A DNA stretch of 64,000 nucleotides from Dehalococcoidia bacterium (GTDB lineage: Bacteria; Chloroflexota; Dehalococcoidia; Bin125), in assembly GCA_965237475.1 (NCBI GenBank), contig OZ250140.1, positions 483,549-547,548 of the forward strand, read 5' to 3'. The notes beneath the pieces were generated by a model. It made no database searches and was not told where the DNA came from. It was given only the letters and a program-made list of their open reading frames with translations. Each line of letters begins with the position of its first letter. Positions within the stretch are counted from its first letter, which is position 1. Below, piece after piece: positions 61,325 through 64,000 of this stretch. The position numbers were made by a program, and so were the translations under genes.

Positions 61325-63205
61325 TCAGGCCTTGCGCCGCTGCGCGGCGTAGGTGCTGCCCCCGCTCAGGGCTCCGAAGAGCCCGCCCTTCGGCCAGTTC
61401 ACGTCACTGCGGGTCAACACGCCGTCGGGCGGCTCGACGAGGAAGATGAAGTACGATTGGCGCGCGTGCTCGAGGAACAACTCCGCGATCATCGCGAGGC
61501 GCCGCTCGGGATCTAGCTCGACCTTCTGCGCCAGGTACAGCTCGTGCAGGCTCGGATCCATGGGCGGCGAGGGGTTGAGCTTCGTGAAGGAGGATTCGGG
61601 CCCGGCGCAGCAGTTCCACATCGATCCGACGTCGGGGACGGTGTTGCCCCAGAACCAGTAAAGGCCCGCCGTGCGCTCGCGGCCGCCGCGCAGGTAGGCG
61701 TCGGTCAAGTAGTCGCTGAAGATGACCGACTCGGTCTGCACGCGGATGCCGACCGCGCTCAGGTCCTGCGACACCGCCAGCGCCAGGTCCGTCGCGTACG
61801 AGCCGCCCCACTCGGGCGCGTAGTACAGGGGGATGTCGAAGCTGTCCGGGTAGCCGGCCTCCGCCAGTAGTTGTCTCGCCCGCTCCGGGTCGTAGTCGAA
61901 GATCACTTCCTGCTTCTGCTCCGGCGACGGGTAGCCCTGGACGCCGCTGAACGCGAACAGTTATTGCTCTCCCTGGCCGAGCAGGAGGTTGTCGATGATC
62001 GCTTGGCGGTTGACCGCGTGGTTCGCGGCCGGGCGCACGCGGAGGTCCAGGAACGGGTTCGGGCTGCCGTCTGCCTGCGCCTCGGCGAACAGGTTGGAAT
62101 AGATGTTGTGGACGGCCCACGGTCCGGGCGGTTGGAACCGGACGGTGAAGTCGGGGTCATCCAGGTACGGCTGGACGATATCGGGGCCCAGCGCGTCCAG
62201 CATGTCGATCTCGCCGGCCTCAATGCCGGCGAGACGCGACTGGATCTCGGTCCGCACCAGGATCGTCAGGTGTTTGTTGTGGGCGTAGTGCGGCACCCGG
62301 ACGGGGTGGTCGATCGGGAGGAAGTGGTCCTCGAATCGCTCGAAGACGAAGTCCTCGTCTTCCGCGTGGCTGACGATGCGGTAGGGGCCGGTACCCATCG
62401 GCGCGGCGTCCACGGCCGCGTCGCCGCGCCGCTCCGTATCCGCCTGGGAGAAGATGGACGTGTTGACCGTGGTCATGTTGAGGAGGGCGAAGGCCGCGTC
62501 GGGCGCCGGGAGTTCAATCGCCCAGGTGCGGTCGTCCATGGCCTCGCTGCGGGCCCAATTGTTCGATCCGTAGGTCCCGCAGCACGTCGCCCAGCCGCCG
62601 GCGTGATCGCTCGCCGCGCCACCGTCGTGATATGCGGCGACGCCGCCCACGCGCTCATAGCTGAAGACCAGGTCGTGGGCCGTGACGGTCGAGCCGTCGT
62701 GGAACGGCGCCGGGGCGACTGCCGCCCGGATCGTGACGGGGTCGATCCACTCCGGCGTGACGACCGTTGAGATCACGGTGTTATCGCGGGGATCCACCTC
62801 CATGGCCGCATTGCAGACGGCGCCGTGCGAGTAATAGTTGGCGGCGCTGCCGCTCCGCATCTGATCCAGACCGCGGTTGTCGCCGGCGACCCCGGCGACG
62901 ATCGAGGCGTTCAGATCGACCTGGTCGAGCGGCCAGGGCACGGAACATTCGGCCTCCTCGGCCTGGGCCTGCGCCTGCTCTTCCGCCTGCGACTGTTCCT
63001 CCGCCTGCTCGTCGGCTTGCTCCGTGACGGCGGTCGCGGCGTCGTCGCCATCGTCGTCGTCGTCGCCGCAGCCCACCAGGGCCAGGCCGGCCGCGCCCAC
63101 GCCGGCGCGTCCGCTCGCCTGTAGCATCGTGCGGCGGGAGATCTTCCGGTGCCGCAGACTCGTCCAGTAGTTCTTCTCGCTCATTTCGGTCCTTCCTGAG
63201 GCCAC
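61325..63205 (-). pseudogene. ABC transporter substrate-binding protein (family 5, Opp/Dpp-type) with Tat/lipoprotein signal; in-frame TAA at 61961-61963
   Basis: ORFs 61961..63205 and 61325..61906 are in the same frame. Read-through gives ...LLGQGEQ*LFAFSGVQGYPSPEQKQEVIFDYDPE..., a contiguous SBP_5 sequence. Confidence 0.6.
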
Positions 63206-63260
63206 GCGCGGTATCCGCCACCGGGGAGGAGGCGCAGCGATCGATTCGCGGCGTTATCAC

Positions 63261-63308
63261 GGGGGGGGTACCCTGTCAAGGAGATAACAGCGTCAAGTTC
63301 GGGGGGGG
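63261..63308. repeat. two G8 tracts 32 nt apart in the region upstream of the SBP gene
   Basis: ggggggggtaccctgtcaaggagataacagcgtcaagttcgggggggg. Confidence 0.8.
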
Positions 63309-64000
63309 CAAAGGGGGACTTCCACCCAACCCGCGGCGCCACGGAGGAACCGGAGAATGTCATACAGAACGGAATGAGATGGCGCGTTGGTCGTGGGGGC
63401 GCGGAGGACTCAGCCCTGCCGCAACCGGATCATGGGGCTGAACGTCGCGTGCGCAGCCGCGGCATTGGCCGAGTCGTAGGTGGCGGCGTCACGTCGCATC
63501 ATCGCCGAGCTGGAGTGCAAGCAGTGCGTCGGGCGTCCGCGCGATCTCGGTGTGGTCGTCGTCAGCGCCGAGATAGTTCGACGTTGGGACCAAAAGCAAG
63601 AACGTCAGCGGTTTCGCGCGGAGGTTCATGCCCGGCACTCCCGGTGATCATTGCAGATCCTGCCATTCACCGCGCAGAATGCTCTAGTTCAGACAGGAAC
63701 TAGTGTCCGATGAATGAGAGTGCCTGCCTGGTGAACGGCGAGGGAACCATGACGAACGTGGAGAGGATGGAGCAGCGGATCGACGCCCTCGAATGGGGTT
63801 GCGCCTCGTTGTGCGGGAGCTGCTCAGACCGCGGGACAACACGAGCCCGGCGGACTCACCTGCCTCCGATCCTCGGACGAGTCTGGCCACCGTGGACGGA
63901 TCCGTGCTCGCTCCTGCGAGCGATCGGACTCCCGGGGAGCCCGACGAGACGAAGATTCTGATGACGGTCAGTGAGGTGGCCGACGCGCTGAGGATTGGGC

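Overview
High-GC (about 65-70%) bacterial chromosomal segment. I cannot assign a taxon from sequence alone. Ordinary metabolic genes (four CaiB/BaiF-type family III CoA-transferases, an acetyl-CoA hydrolase/transferase, a thiolase plus DUF35 pair, SDR, amidohydrolase, epimerase, a SulP transporter) sit among accessory and decaying material. The points worth a second look are: (1) A compact redox locus at 2.3-6.6 kb where three thioredoxin-fold/AhpD-type genes each carry an in-frame TGA exactly where the family's redox Cys sits (UxxC, CxxU, UxxC). Two of them have a hairpin 12-16 nt downstream of the TGA. These are selenoprotein candidates that the ORF track splits into fragments. (2) A type I restriction-modification hsdM...hsdR operon with no hsdS. 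In its place is a cassette of three unknown genes, one lower-GC and membrane-anchored, two translationally coupled. This is a candidate RM-embedded defence or specificity module. (3) Two convergent giant exported proteins (2450 and 2399 aa) that share a C-terminal module: poly-Gly/Pro hinge, repeats with an 'IWSDGxTIWV...LFAYDLxTGE' unit, then a cadherin-like beta-sandwich. They bracket a ~20 kb island encoding secreted zinc-peptidase-like proteins, an SprB/Fn3-like surface protein whose M23 peptidase domain lies behind an in-frame TGA, an IS5-family element, a low-GC parA cassette flanked by a duplicated GNAT gene 3' end, and c-type cytochrome / CoA-transferase genes. (4) A ~58-bp MITE-like repeat family made of one IS5-type terminal inverted repeat plus a GC hairpin. 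(5) A tRNA 3'-end fragment next to a PIN/DUF104-like toxin-antitoxin pair and a frameshifted plant-type LRR pseudogene. (6) A decaying opp operon (nonsense TAA in the SBP, truncated permease with a (AGCGGC)7 insertion, G14 tract) fused abruptly to a PD-(D/E)XK nuclease gene. No rRNA or CRISPR seen; the only tRNA-related sequence is the 3'-end fragment in (5). All family assignments are from motif recognition by eye and from memory, not database searches.
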